From: Macrostomum lignano | Lineage: Eukaryota | Direction of reading: 5' to 3' | Assembly (NCBI GenBank): GCA_002269645.1 | Contig: NIVC01000453.1 | Location: 62,001 to 126,000 of the forward strand | DNA length: 64,000 bases | In this document: piece after piece, positions 1-11,494 of the stretch | Position numbering within the stretch: position 1 is the stretch's first letter | Layout of the letters: each line of letters starts with the position of its first letter | Program-made: the position numbers and the translations under genes | Notes under the pieces: generated by a model | The model's database searches: none | Told to the model about the DNA's origin: nothing | The model's input: the letters and a program-made list of their open reading frames with translations, nothing else

Positions 1-849
1 CAAATATAACATTAAAAATGTAACTTAAAAAATATAACTTATATTGCAGCAAAAAACAAGACAACTGACAACCCAAAATTTTATTAGGCCCTAAAAATTA
101 AAATCATCAGCTTTGCAAATAGTTTCTCAAACGTAGGCCTACACTCATAACTTTGCCTCGTTTAAGCTTTTGTTGCGCTTAAATCTAAAATTATCTAATA
201 CAACTCTCCAAACCAAAGGCAAAGTAAAGCGCAACTGATATGACAACATGCGAGAACGAAAATGGGTGCGTTTCTATTTCTATTTCTATTTCCAGGAAGG
301 CTAGGTATTATAGACAAATTAAGGCATAAAGGAATCAACGCAGGCCTATTTTTAAAGAAAAAAAGCATTTTGATTGCAACATTAACGATAGGGCTAATAA
401 TCGTATTTTTATTAATACAACTGCGCTGATTTGTTTTTGTGCACAATATTATATACTTTTTTGGCACTAAATTAAGGATGTTCTCAGAGCGATCGGCTGT
501 TCAACTGCATGTCAGGCGCACAGCTGTTCACGAATTCCTAAAAGTCAAAAGTAGAAATCGTCAATTTAGTTTGATAATATAAATAATTCCTATTGATTAT
601 TTCCGTTATACACGCAAGGAAAATACTTAAGTCTTAACTTGTGCTTGTGAAAACTCATAGGCCCTACACTAGTACAGTGTCAGTACTTAGACACCCAGAC
701 TAAGCCTAAAAACTAAGTTGCAAGACATGAGATATTCGTCAATTGCTGTCTAGCTGTGTTCTTTCGTTTCAATAACAGTATTTTTTATTAAAATTTTGAG
801 TTCTGGCTAGGCCTATTACTGATTTTTAAAAGACTTCTACCATTAGAAA

Positions 850-891
850 ATGTCAGATTGTGATCGAAATGAGATTCTTGCAAATTTTCAG
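850..891 (+). CDS. FAF1: FAF1 coding exon 1 (MSDCDRNEILANFQ)
   Basis: ATG at 850 and donor CAG|GTAAGA at 892; resembles the human FAF1 N-terminus (MDREMILADFQ). Confidence 0.85.
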
Positions 892-3800
892 GTAAGAATT
901 TTTTAATGTTATAATTTAGTAGTAATAAATAATAGAATTTTTTCAATGTTTAGTTTAAAGGAACTCTAAAAATAGTTTTTCAAATATAAGAATATAATTT
1001 TTAGGCAGTTGTTATTTGTCCGGTGACTAGACAAATAGGCTAGCCTTTTTGCTATTTGTCTGGCTAAATTGCTAAAACAAGTATTTATTTGTTTCAAGAT
1101 GAATATTCTAGATTTTTAAGACATTTTCTTGTATACTGATTAATATTTTTTTGCATACCTTGGTGTAAGCAAAGCAATGTATTCAATTCGGCATAATTTG
1201 GTGTACAAAACAGACACTAGTATAACAACATAATAATCAAAATACAAGTAAGAAGTCTTTGAAGTCTAGGAATATTTACCATTGTAGTTTTTATGAAATA
1301 GATATTTTAGCATTATTAATTTAACTGGACAAATAACCAAATGCCTATTTGTCCAATATTAGCCTGACAAATAAGAAAGCATGGTCATTATTTAGTAGCT
1401 GGACAAATAACCACATCACTATTTGTCCAGTCACCAGACAAATAATAACTGCCAATTTTTTATAGTTATATCAATTAGGCCTAAGTTAAGATCCATATGC
1501 CTAGTCCAAATCATGCTGGGTGCACATTGAACAAAAATTGAAAAAAGACAAATGCATACTAAAAAAATATTTGATGTCATAATGCCTACTCACACTTAAA
1601 TCTAGGCCAATGGTAATGTAACTAAATGACCTTTTCTATGTTGTTACAATAAACGACCTTTTGCATTGTTTAAAAGATCATTTTGGCAAATAATTAATTT
1701 CATTATTTACTATGTCTATAGTTTAGAAAGCATCCATATGCCAAAAAATTCAGGCATGAAAAAAATGTTGGTATATAGTTTGGTATACACTAGGTACCTT
1801 TTATTTTTTTATAACTCAACTCATAATAATTTTATATAACTCAAAGCATTCTAAAATTTAAAAGTATAAACAAACAATTGATAGGTATAAAGAGCATAGC
1901 CATATTATTATAGCAATATTGAGCATTAAGACAATTAAAAATGTTGATTGGCTAATTATGATCAGTAGAGATTTGTTGCTATTAAATGGTAGGAAGCTGG
2001 GGGCTACCTGCGGATTAGCCCTGGAAAGGGCTCTGCCTTGAAGGGCACTACCAGGGGCATAAAGCCCAAGATACCTACCTGATTGGACCCCAATGTCTAG
2101 GCCAGGGGGAATTTTGGGGCTTCTAACCCAAGCCTATGGTATAAGACATTGCCAACCCAATATTAGTGGAATCAGGGACAGTGTTAGGACCAAGTCTACC
2201 CAGGCTACTACCCAGCAGACAAATCCTAGGAGTGCACAAAAACAGAATTGGAATTGAAAATGTTTGGTATACTACTAAAAGCAGTCTAAGAGTGGGGAAA
2301 CCCAGAAGTTAGAAGGCTTGTACCTAAGGGCAAGTTCCTATTAGGCAGGATATAGCGACTACCTATAGGGCTTCAAACCATAAGGGTATCACCTAACCAG
2401 CTCTATATTGGAAGCCAGGCCAAGGGGTCAGAGAAGGGCACAAGGGGCAAGAGGCAGTGTTGGGCAAGTTACTCAAAAAAGTAACTTGCGTTACTGTAAC
2501 TTAAGTTACCACTTTTTTAAAAAGTAACTTACGTTAGCCTAGTAACTTTACACAAAAACCCGGTAACTTTTAAGTTACTTCTGTTACTTACTTCTGTTAC
2601 CTATGTTATTAACAAAATTTTCTGCTTTTTTAACATTGTAAATACGCTGGAACAGCACAAATGATCGCAAAAGCCAGGAGGAAGAATAAAACAACATTAA
2701 TTTCAGTAACTGTATTAAATTTTAATCACTTTAGGCCCTTTCCATAAAAAAAGAGAAGCTGAAAGTCAGAAACGTTAAAGGCAAAATGCAATTTAATTTT
2801 TAATAACATTATTAAGTTATAATACACAAGGACAACTTAACATAACTTCAGTTGTCCTTGATAATATATCGCTTGTAATAAGTACCTGGCTTTACTCCAC
2901 TCTACAGTCTGCTTTATTAGTATTTTTATTTATTTTCAATTATTATTATAATATTAAATTATTGTGCAGTGCAGTGCCAGTGGACTTTGGTGGTGTAGCC
3001 AAGGAGGCCGCCTTAACAATCGTTGGGGCGGCAACTTCACCCCACCTGCAAGACACCCCACCTGGGGGGGTGGGGTTTGGGCGTGGCGGGTACCAAAAAC
3101 CATGAGGCGATTGAGTGCCTGCGGCGCTTAAATGAGTGCCTGCAGCGCTTAAATGAGTGCTTGCGGCACTAAAATGAGTGCCTGCGGCGCTAAAAGTGGC
3201 AATGGCATGAGGCATGGCCAGCCAGGCCAACCTGCCCCCCCCCAAATTAAAATTCCTGGCTACGTCGATCACTGAGTGGATTTGTGGAGACTACAGATGA
3301 ATTTTTTTCTTTGGTTGTTTGTTTCTAAGAACTAAACAAAATATTTTTATTAACTTAAAAACAAAAAACAAAAATATTTTACCAAAAATAACAAAGTAAA
3401 AACATGTTTCAAGTATTTCTTTATTAATTACAGCGTAATACCATATGATATTATTCACTTAGTTTTGAATTTAGGAATGAAAAATGCTAAAAATGTGACA
3501 ACTGGCGTAATAGCTAAGCATATCAGTTTTAAATTTAAATATTGCGATTGTTGCAAAGTAACTGTAATGGACTTCCGAAATTTGAGTAACTTACCGTTAC
3601 TCCGTTACCAAAATAGGAAAGTTACTTGCATAAGGAATGCTTTACCAAAAAGTAACTTGTGTTACCATTTACAAGTTACTCAGTAACGGAAGTGCCCAAC
3701 ACTGGCAAGAGGAAACTAGACTCAGCCAGTTTTCCCTGATTCGGGACAAACATCTAGCCCAGGACTCCAATCCACTGTCAGTGATGAAAGCCTAGACACA

Positions 3801-6800
3801 ATCATGCTTGGGCGCAACCTTGGGATTCACTTGGCCATTTCTATTGGCAACATACACATGTAAGTTGCTATTGGATAGAATAGTAGTCACGTGACTGCTC
3901 TCAGCCAATAGCAACTTACATGTATGTGTTGCCAATAGAAATGGCCAAGTGAATCCCAAGGTTGCGCATGTATGGACACAATAAGTAGGGAGACAACCTG
4001 CAAGATGAATGGTCATCTTTCCTGCAGGCAGTGTTGGGCAAGTTACTCAAAAAAAGTAACTTGCGTTACTGTAACTTAAGTTACCAATTTTTAAAAAGTA
4101 ACTTACGTTAGCCTAGTAACTTTAGACAAAAACCCCGGTAACTTTTAAGTTACTGTCCGTTACTCACTTCCGTTACCCATGTTATTAACAAAATTTTCTG
4201 CTTTTTTCACATTGCACATTTTTTCACACTGTTTTTACCGAAATTTGCCATTGGGCATTGGGATTAACCGATTAACAGACAGAGACAGCAATTGGCGACA
4301 CGATGTGAGGCAAGTAGAAGGACCGATGGGCAATGGCAATCAATAATTAAAATTATAAATGATAAAATAAACGAATATCAATAATTCAATAGAGTAAAAT
4401 AAATAACTGTATAAAATGGTGTAGTGTACTGCAGTGCCAGCGGAGGGACTTGTGGAGGCTACAGATGAATTTCTTTCTTTGGTTGTTTGTTTGAATCAAA
4501 CTTGAAAATTTTTAGTAACTTGAAAATGGAAACGTATGAAACATTCGCCGACACCCACTCAGACACTTCTACAGACACTTCAGTTTCTGTCATACGAATC
4601 GTAGGAACAAGCATTAAATTTGTTTATTCCTTACAAACTACCAGTAAACTGCTTTATTTTAAGCTTTTTTTGCTTTATTTTATTAAATCTGAATCATGAA
4701 ATTTGTTATTCTGCATAGATTCTCTTCACGTGAAGAAGAATGTTAAATTTGTCCAGGACACTTCCTAATTCATATTTAATAAAATAAAGCAAAAAAAGCC
4801 CAAAATAAAGCAGTTTACTGGTAGTTTGTAAGGAATAAACAAATTTAATGCTTGTTCCTACGATTCGTACGACAGAAACTAAAGTGTCTGTAGAAGCGTC
4901 TGAACAAGTGTCGGCGAATGTTTCATACGTAAATGAAAGGCAAAAATATTTTACTGAAATTATAACAAAGCAAAACATGTTTCAAGTATTTCTTCATTAA
5001 TTAAAGCGCAATACCAAATGATACTATTCACTTAATTTTGAATTTAGGAATGAAAAATGCAAAAACATGTGACAACCGGCGTAATAGCTAAGCATTTCTG
5101 TTTTAAATTTAAATATTGCGATTGTTGCAAAGTAACTGTAACGGACTTCTGAAATTTGAGTAACTTACCGTTACTCCGTTACTAAAATAAAAAAGTAACT
5201 TGCGTAAGGAACGCTTTACGAAAAAGTAACTTGCGTTACCATTTGCAAGTTACTCGGTAACGGAAGTGCCCAACACTGCCTGCAGGGCAGGTGTGACTAC
5301 TGATACTAGAATAACTAGATATGTCACTCGCAAAAAATGCATTTCTCTACTTTTTTCAGTAGCAAAATTAGTGTTTTTTGCCTTTATGAAAGTGAAATTA
5401 AAATTCATCTAGTTTTAAATGAAATTAAAAGTTTTTAAAGCTGCAAAATTTGTTGGTGCCTTTCTACAAGCAGGCTAATTAAATAAGCATGTCTGCTCAG
5501 TTTTACCAGCTCAAAAAAATAAATTAAAGACTTAAGACTGTAGAAAACTATAAAAAATGTGAAATTCCCAAATTCAGTGCTTGGCATAGAGAGCAAGAGA
5601 AAATTCAGTGCTGGCCCCCCAGCCCCCTAGCCAGGCATCTCTCTACTGCTCTCTCATTGGCTGAGCTAGATTGGGCCTGCCCCCTCCCCCCTAGGCTGAG
5701 TTTTGTCTGTCTTGCATTCATTTGTGTACATTGAGTTAACAAATGCTTGTTAATTCTTAACCCCATATGCTCTTGAGGCCGCAAGCCCTGAGGAAGGAAA
5801 GGAATTTTATCTGCTACATCAAATTTAAATTACATTAACGCAGACAACTACTGAAAAAAGAGTAGAGGCTCTACTTTTTCACAATTTTAATTGCGAGTGA
5901 CCTATCTAGTTACTCTAGTATCTGTGGGTGCGACTGGGGGGCTCAAGTCCCATTCTAGCCATACTGCAGTCCAGATCTCCAACTCACTCCAGGTACACCC
6001 CCCTAACCCAAGGCTGAGGGCCAGTTTAACTAGATAGAAATAAATAGGGTTATTTTTAGAATGGGCACAGCCCTTAGTGATTGGGCTAGCGAGAGCTATA
6101 ATTTTAGCCATAATTTAGCCAAAATTAGCCATAATTTTGTTCGCAATTAGATTGCGCACAACCTAAGAAAATGCTACCAGAGAGGCAGCCAAGGTAAAAA
6201 CAGTCAGAGACTGTCTTTACAACTGGCCGACAAAATCACCAACTTTGGATTATCAAAAGACAACCAGACCAAAAGGACCAAAAAGTCTTTCGGTCATCCA
6301 AAGTTGGTGATTTTGTTGGCTGGTTGAAGTCACAGGTGCCATGTGCTCTGTGTGCAGGTGTTGTCTACCATTTCAACTGCTCTGGTGGCCAGAGCGTCTC
6401 CTATGTGGGGAAAACAAAAAGGCACTTGCATACCAGAACCAGAGAGCACTGGCTCAAACCATCGGCCATTCAAACCCACCTCTTAGAATGCAATAGCTGC
6501 TCCAACAGCATTCCTAATGAACGCTTTTTAATTATCAACCAATGTACATCTGACTATAAACTTAAGATTCTTGAGGCCATGGACATAAAAGCTTTGTCCC
6601 CCAACCTCAACACTCAACTCCAACATAGTGGCGTAACCATGTTCTCCATGTTTTTTAAGTTTTGAGAGAGACCACCAACTACGGACTACACTGCTCTGCC
6701 AAAATTTCTGTCCCTGACCTGCCTATTAATCTTTGGACAAATTTACTGTATAGAATAATTGATTACTCATCAAAAAATCTTTTTTGCCTCACACAATTTT

Positions 6801-9800
6801 TATTATTGTCAGCCTCCATTTTTTTGTTTGTTCTAATAAAATAAAACCTGAAGATCCACCACGGAGTGCAAAACGTGTCAACTTACAAATGTTGATAGTT
6901 GGTTTTCTATTTTTAGCCATAATATCAAGTAATGATTTGTTTATAATGTTTTAGGCTGCCACTGGACTTGACGACATAGGCATCGCTATAGCCATACTAG
7001 AACAAGAGTCATGGGATTTGCAGGTAATGGCTATTTTTTTTCTTGATTCAATCAATTAACTGTGCGCATGCTACTGTTAGTAGTTGAAGCAAAGTGTAGT
7101 TAAAACTATCTATGCAATCAAACCACTTTTAGCGAGCACTGCAGTCTTACTTAGACACCGGGTCTCACGGCGGCGGCAGTGGCATCAATCCGGTTGAATC
7201 GCCCAACGTGCCAATATGCGAGCCCACCGTGCCAATGATGGACCAGGATGATATTGCATTCAATGCGGAGGAGGCTTTCAGGCGTGGCCCGTTCGGCCCG
7301 AGTCTGGCCTCGCTTGGCCGCGTTGGGCCGCCATCATCGTCCAGCTCTCGCGGCGGCAGTGGAGCGGGCGGAGGGCGACCGCAGCGGCCGAGGCCTGGCG
7401 GCAACGGGGCGTCGACAGCGGCGACAGGCAGCCGCAGCGGTTCAGAGCTGCGCAGCCGAAGCGGCGCCTCCGCTGCCGCCGCTGCCTCATTGTCGTCGAA
7501 TTCCACAGGCGGCGCTAGCCGAGAAACCCGCAGCTCCAAACAGCGCCTGCTGCTATTTAAAGTACAATTAGATGACGATCTATTGCACACGGTAGAGCGC
7601 GGCCTAACAGAATTAAATGTTATCTCTAAAGAGTCGGACACGGTGCTAGAAATTAAGCGCCAGCTGCATCAGATGATGCAGCAGCCAATTGATATTGATG
7701 ATATGCGCCTGCGCGGCTTTCCCAGTTCAGTTAGCGATAGCACTGTACTGGCCTCGCTCCGACTGCCGAAGGAGACGAAGCTATCTCTAGCCAGCGCTGA
7801 TCCCCTAGTTGGAGAACGGTCTAACGTTACTAGGGGGCGGCATCAGCCGGCCGAGTATCACCTGACTGTGCGCAACGCCGATCGGACTAATTGCTCACAG
7901 GTTTTTCATTATAGAGCTGACGATTGCGTTGGCCGCTTGCGCACGGATGTGTACAGTCTATGGGGCATCCCCAGCGCTACTCAGCAATGGTCAGGCTGGG
8001 ATTTGAATTGGTCCAGCACGTTCGGTCTGAGTAACCTGCCGTCGCATCAGGATCTGGTTGTCAGAAGGAATCCGACGTCTGCCGCCGCCGCCGCCGCATC
8101 GGCAACAACTCCAGCTCCCGACGATTACGCTGATTACGATTTTGACTACGACGATGAGCACGACATCCAGATAATTGAGGACGACGAAGAAGAGATAACT
8201 GACGCTACTACTGGCCGGCGGAGACCCGTGCCGCCTCGGTCGGTGCCGCTCATACCGCCTGGCTGTCGCAGCGACTCTCAGGGTGTCAGGCAGTTTGTGG
8301 AAAACTTTGCGGCAAGGTTTGTAGCTGGGTGACGGCACGAGAGGGTTGGACTAAGGCTTAAGGTTTTCAATCACCTTCTGAAGGTACTAAGGTTGCAATC
8401 CAGCCTGAAATTATCTAAGAAGGTTGCAATTTACATTGAAGAGATTTGAGAAGGTTGCAATCCACCCTGAAGAGATCTAAGAAGGTTGCAATCCACCCTG
8501 AAGGGATCTAAGAAGGTTGCAATCCACCCTGAAGAGATCTAAGAAGGTTGCAATCCACCCTGAAGAGATCTAAGAAGGTTGCAATCCACCCTGAAGAGAT
8601 CTAAGAAGGTTGCAATCCACCCTGAAGGGATCTAAGAAGGTTGCAATCCACCCTGAAGGGATCTAAGAAAGTTGCAATCTACCCTGAAGGGATCTATGAA
8701 GGAATCTAGGAAGGTGTGCAATCCATCTTGAAGGATCTAAGAAGGTTGCAGTCCATTTTGTGTCTAAGAAGGTTGCAGTCCATCTTGAAGGGATCTAAGA
8801 AGGTTTGCAATCCATCTTGAAGGGATCTAAGAAGTAGAAATCAGGTAAAGTGGCTCGCTTGGCAAGTAAAATAAATAAAAAGCCGAAAATCAACATGTGG
8901 TTTTTTCGACGCGTTTCGCACACCAAGGTGCATCGTCAGGTTGCAGTCCATTAGGTTGCAGTCTAAGAAGGATCTAAGAAGGTTGCAGTCCATTTTGAAG
9001 GGTTCTAAGGTGTGTAATCCATCTTGAAGGGATCTAAGAAGGTGTGCAATCCATCTTAAGGGATCTAAGGTGTGCAATCCACCATGAAGGGATCTAAGGT
9101 GTGCAATCCACCATGAAGGGATCTAAGGTGTGCAATCCACCATGAAGGGATCTAAGGTGTGCAATCCATCTTGAAGGGATCTAAGAGGGTTGCAATCCAT
9201 CTCGAAGGGATCTAACAAGGTTGCAGTCCGCAAGTGCGACCTGCTCATATCGTCCCCCAAGGAATGAATTGCAAAGATTCGCATCGCTCGCTAATTCGCA
9301 GATACGGTTCCACCTGCCCGCTATTCAACAACGCCAGTTTAGCTTCGGCAATTGACGAAGCGGACGGCCAATCAACGGCCGACAAGAGACCGTTAGCAAT
9401 CTATCTGCATCACGATAGATCAATAGCCGCTCAAATATTCTGCTCTAACGTATTAACTAATGCAGCCGTTATCGAATTTCTCAACGCTAATTTTGTATTG
9501 TGGCCGTGGGATCTGACCCAGCCGGACAATGCCGCCACATTGGTGACGCTGGCGGCCAGGCAGCTGGGTCTTGACGCTGCCGACCGGATTCGTCAACTTG
9601 CGCCGGATGACCTGCCCGCTCTGCTAGTTGTTGCCCATCGGCCACGAGCTGCTCACGAAATTATTGGCGACGTTCAAGGCGTCAGCGATCCGTCGGCAGC
9701 TTTGGACATGCTGGTGAAAGCTCTGGACGAGTTCAGGGCCTGGCGAGAGGCGGAATTGGCCGAGGAGAATGCCAGGGAGATGAGAACTATGGAGCGGCTG

Positions 9801-11343
9801 GAGATGCAGTCCGCATATGAGGAAAGTCTGCGGTTGGATAGGCAGAAAGAGGAGGTGAGTGACGGGTGGTTTTTTGGGAGATTTGCATTTTGTGAGTCTG
9901 CGTGGGATTTTGGAATTGAAAGTAGTTATGAAATCCTATAGGTGGAAACTGAAGATTTGAGATACAATTGGGAAGATTCGGAATCTAATTGGGGAGATTT
10001 TGGAATCTGATAGGGAGATTTAGGAATCTGATTGGGGAGTTTTAGGAATCTGATAGGGGAGATTTTGGAATCTGATAGGGAGATTTAGGAATCTGATTGG
10101 GGAGATTTAGGAATCTGATAGGGAGATTTAGGAATCTGATTGGGGAGATTTAGGAATCTGATAGGGAGATTTAGGAATCTGATTGGGGAGATTTAGGAAT
10201 CTGATAGGGAGATTTAGGAATCTGATTGGGGAGTTTTAGGAATCTGATTGGGGAGATTTAGGAATCTGATTGGGGAGATTTAGGAATCTGGTGGGGAGTT
10301 TTAGGAATCTAATTGGGGAGATTTAGGAATCTGGTGGGGAGTTTTAGGAATCTGATTGGGGAGATTTAGGAATCTGGTGGGGAGTTTTAGGAATCTGATT
10401 GGGGAGATTTAGGAATCTGGTGGGGAGATTTAGGAATCTGATTGGGGAGATTTTGGAATCTGATAGGGAGATTTAGGAATCTGATTGGGGAGTTTTAGGA
10501 ATCTGATTGGGGAGATTTAGGAATCTGGTGGGGAGTTTTAGGAATCTGGTGGGGAGTTTTAGGAATCTGATTGGGGAGATTTAGGAATCTGGTGGGGAGT
10601 TTTAGGAATCTGATTGGGGAGATTTAGGAATCTGGTGGGGAGTTTTAGGAATCTGATTGGGGAGATTTTGGAATCTGATAGGGAGATTTAGGAATCTGAT
10701 TGGGGAGTTTTAGGAATCTGATTGGGGAGATTTAGGAATCTGGTGGGGAGATTTAGGAATCTGATTGGGGAGATTTTGGAATCTGATTGGGAGATTTAGG
10801 AATCTGATTGGGGAGATTTAGGAATCTGATTGGGGAGTTTTAGAAATTTAATTTAGATGCGGAGTCTAATAGGAATGATTCCGAATCTAATGGGGAAGAT
10901 TCCGAATCTAATGGGGAAGATTCCGAATCTAATGGGGAAGATTCCGAAATCAGATAAGATCAGATTTCGCTATCCCTAACAATCCCCTTTTCTCTCAGCA
11001 ACGCGCCGAGAAGCAGCGCCTCGAGCGTGAACAGCAAGAACGCGCCGAGGCTGAGCAGCGCCAAGCGCTGGCGCAGCTGCCCGAGGAGCCGCAGGCGGGC
11101 CAACCGGCCGCCACAATCCGCCTTCGACTGCCGGGCGGCTCGGAGACTCGACAGCGGCGATTTAATCCACAGGACCGACTACGGCATCTGGCCGCCTATT
11201 GCGCCAGCCTGGGCTACGCGGAGTCCAACTACAACTTGGTGACCGCTTTTCCACGGCGAACACTGAGCCAGCTGGATATGGACACCACGTTTGAGGCTGC
11301 CGGCCTCGTGCCGCAGGAGACCGTGCTGCTGGAGGAGAAGTAA
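850..11343 (+). CDS. FAF1: FAS-associated factor 1 (UBA-UBL-UBL-UAS-UBX p97/VCP cofactor), 5 coding exons, 730 aa
   Basis: Exons 850-891, 6955-7023, 7133-8316, 9302-9854 and 10999-11343 join through GT-AG junctions with compatible phases (2193 nt). N-terminus MSDCDRNEILANFQ-AATGLDDIGIAIAILEQESWDLQ matches the FAF1 UBA; LAIYLHHD...FVLWPWDLT is the UAS; the C-terminal UBX has TAFPRR...PQETVLLEEK*. Confidence 0.95.
1004..1453. mobile_element. MITE-like element with about 35-bp terminal inverted repeats
   Basis: GGCAGTTGTTATTTGTCCGGTGACTAGACAAATAG at the left end matches the reverse complement of the right end with 3 mismatches. Internal GGACAAATAA repeats; flanks aattttta / aatttttt may be a TSD. 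Confidence 0.65.
2455..3704. mobile_element. Non-autonomous hAT-like DNA transposon, copy 1
   Basis: 12-bp TIR CAGTGTTGGGCA...TGCCCAACACTG, perfect 8-bp TSD GCAAGAGG (2447-2454 and 3705-3712), subterminal AGTAAC/GTTACT repeats, no transposase ORF. Confidence 0.88.
2987..3274. mobile_element. Small GC-rich insertion nested in hAT copy 1
   Basis: Absent from copy 2 (empty site ggacttgtggag). Flanked by agtggact/agtggatt; degenerate ends gtagccaagg...cctggctac; about 4 copies of a 21-bp internal repeat. Confidence 0.55.
3812..3967. repeat. 156-bp near-perfect palindrome (63-bp arms)
   Basis: GCGCAACCTTGGGATTCACTTGGCC... is mirrored with 2 mismatches; the loop contains GTCACGTGAC. Confidence 0.85.
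4029..5278. mobile_element. Non-autonomous hAT-like DNA transposon, copy 2
   Basis: Same 12-bp TIRs and homologous ends as copy 1, with a different perfect 8-bp TSD CCTGCAGG (4021-4028 and 5279-5286). Confidence 0.88.
4532..4930. mobile_element. Foldback/MITE with about 165-bp inverted arms nested in hAT copy 2
   Basis: ACGTATGAAACATTCGCCGACAC... is mirrored at the right end, and ORFs 4487..4699(+) and 4706..4978(-) give the same peptide. Flanks aaatggaa/aaatgaaa; absent from copy 1. Confidence 0.75.
6297..6912 (+). mobile_element. 5'-truncated Penelope-like retroelement fragment (GIY-YIG endonuclease domain)
   Basis: ORF 6324..6665 reads VVYHFNC..SYVGKTKRHLHTRTREH..SAIQTHLLEC..F.II...KLKILEAMDIKALSPNLNTQ, the PLE GIY-YIG pattern. 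No RT domain remains. Confidence 0.8.
6955..7023 (+). CDS. FAF1: FAF1 coding exon 2 (UBA core)
   Basis: ttttAG acceptor, CAG|GTAATG donor, 23 codons AATGLDDIGIAIAILEQESWDLQ. Confidence 0.9.
7133..8316 (+). CDS. FAF1: FAF1 coding exon 3 (end of UBA, G/S/A-rich linker, two ubiquitin-like domains, acidic patch)
   Basis: Acceptor ttttAG at 7131-7132 gives RALQSYL, in frame with ORF 7208..8332. Donor AG|GTTTGT at 8317 (phase 2). Confidence 0.9.
8395..9225. repeat. Minisatellite, about 31-bp unit (aaggttgcaatccaccctgaagagatctaag), FAF1 intron 3
   Basis: Direct tandem copies, degenerate toward both ends. Confidence 0.9.
9302..9854 (+). CDS. FAF1: FAF1 coding exon 4 (UAS domain, start of coiled coil)
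   Basis: Acceptor ttcgcAG; RYGSTCPLF...LAIYLHHD; donor GAG|GTGAGT at 9855. Confidence 0.93.
9965..10945. repeat. Minisatellite, 21-22-bp unit (ggggagatttaggaatctgatt), FAF1 intron 4
   Basis: About 40 tandem copies. Confidence 0.92.
10999..11343 (+). CDS. FAF1: FAF1 coding exon 5 (coiled coil + UBX, stop)
   Basis: Acceptor tctctcAG; QRAEKQRLEREQQ...ATIRLRLPGG...FPRR...ETVLLEEK, TAA at 11341-11343. Not in the ORF track because this frame has no upstream start. Confidence 0.93.
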   Translation, partial: QRAEKQRLEREQQERAEAEQRQALAQLPEEPQAGQPAATIRLRLPGGSETRQRRFNPQDRLRHLAAYCASLGYAESNYNLVTAFPRRTLSQLDMDTTFEAAGLVPQETVLLEEK

Positions 11344-11371
11344 TGTTAAAAAATGTTTATTTCTAAGAAAC

Positions 11372-11377
11372 AATAAA
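11372..11377 (+). terminator. Candidate FAF1 polyadenylation signal AATAAA
   Basis: AATAAA about 30 nt after the stop codon; a second one lies near 11441. Confidence 0.5.
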
Positions 11378-11494
11378 ACCCTGTCCAAAAAGTTCTCTAT
11401 GGATGTAAATGTGTGGGGAAAGTTAAAATGTGAAATTTCGAAATAAAAAAAAGATGTGAAAACCTGCGTGTCTCAAATCCCCAATTCCTAGATT

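Noticed and set aside
1-849. Short ORF 195..467 and AT-rich upstream DNA
   Set aside because: No homology signal or coherent splice structure; treated as FAF1 upstream/5'UTR sequence.
7165-7641. Antisense ORF over FAF1 exon 3
   Set aside because: GC-rich shadow frame with no recognisable domain.
7208-9301. ORF-track starts at 7208 and 9234 as separate gene starts
   Set aside because: Both are internal FAF1 exons entered by splice acceptors (7133, 9302).
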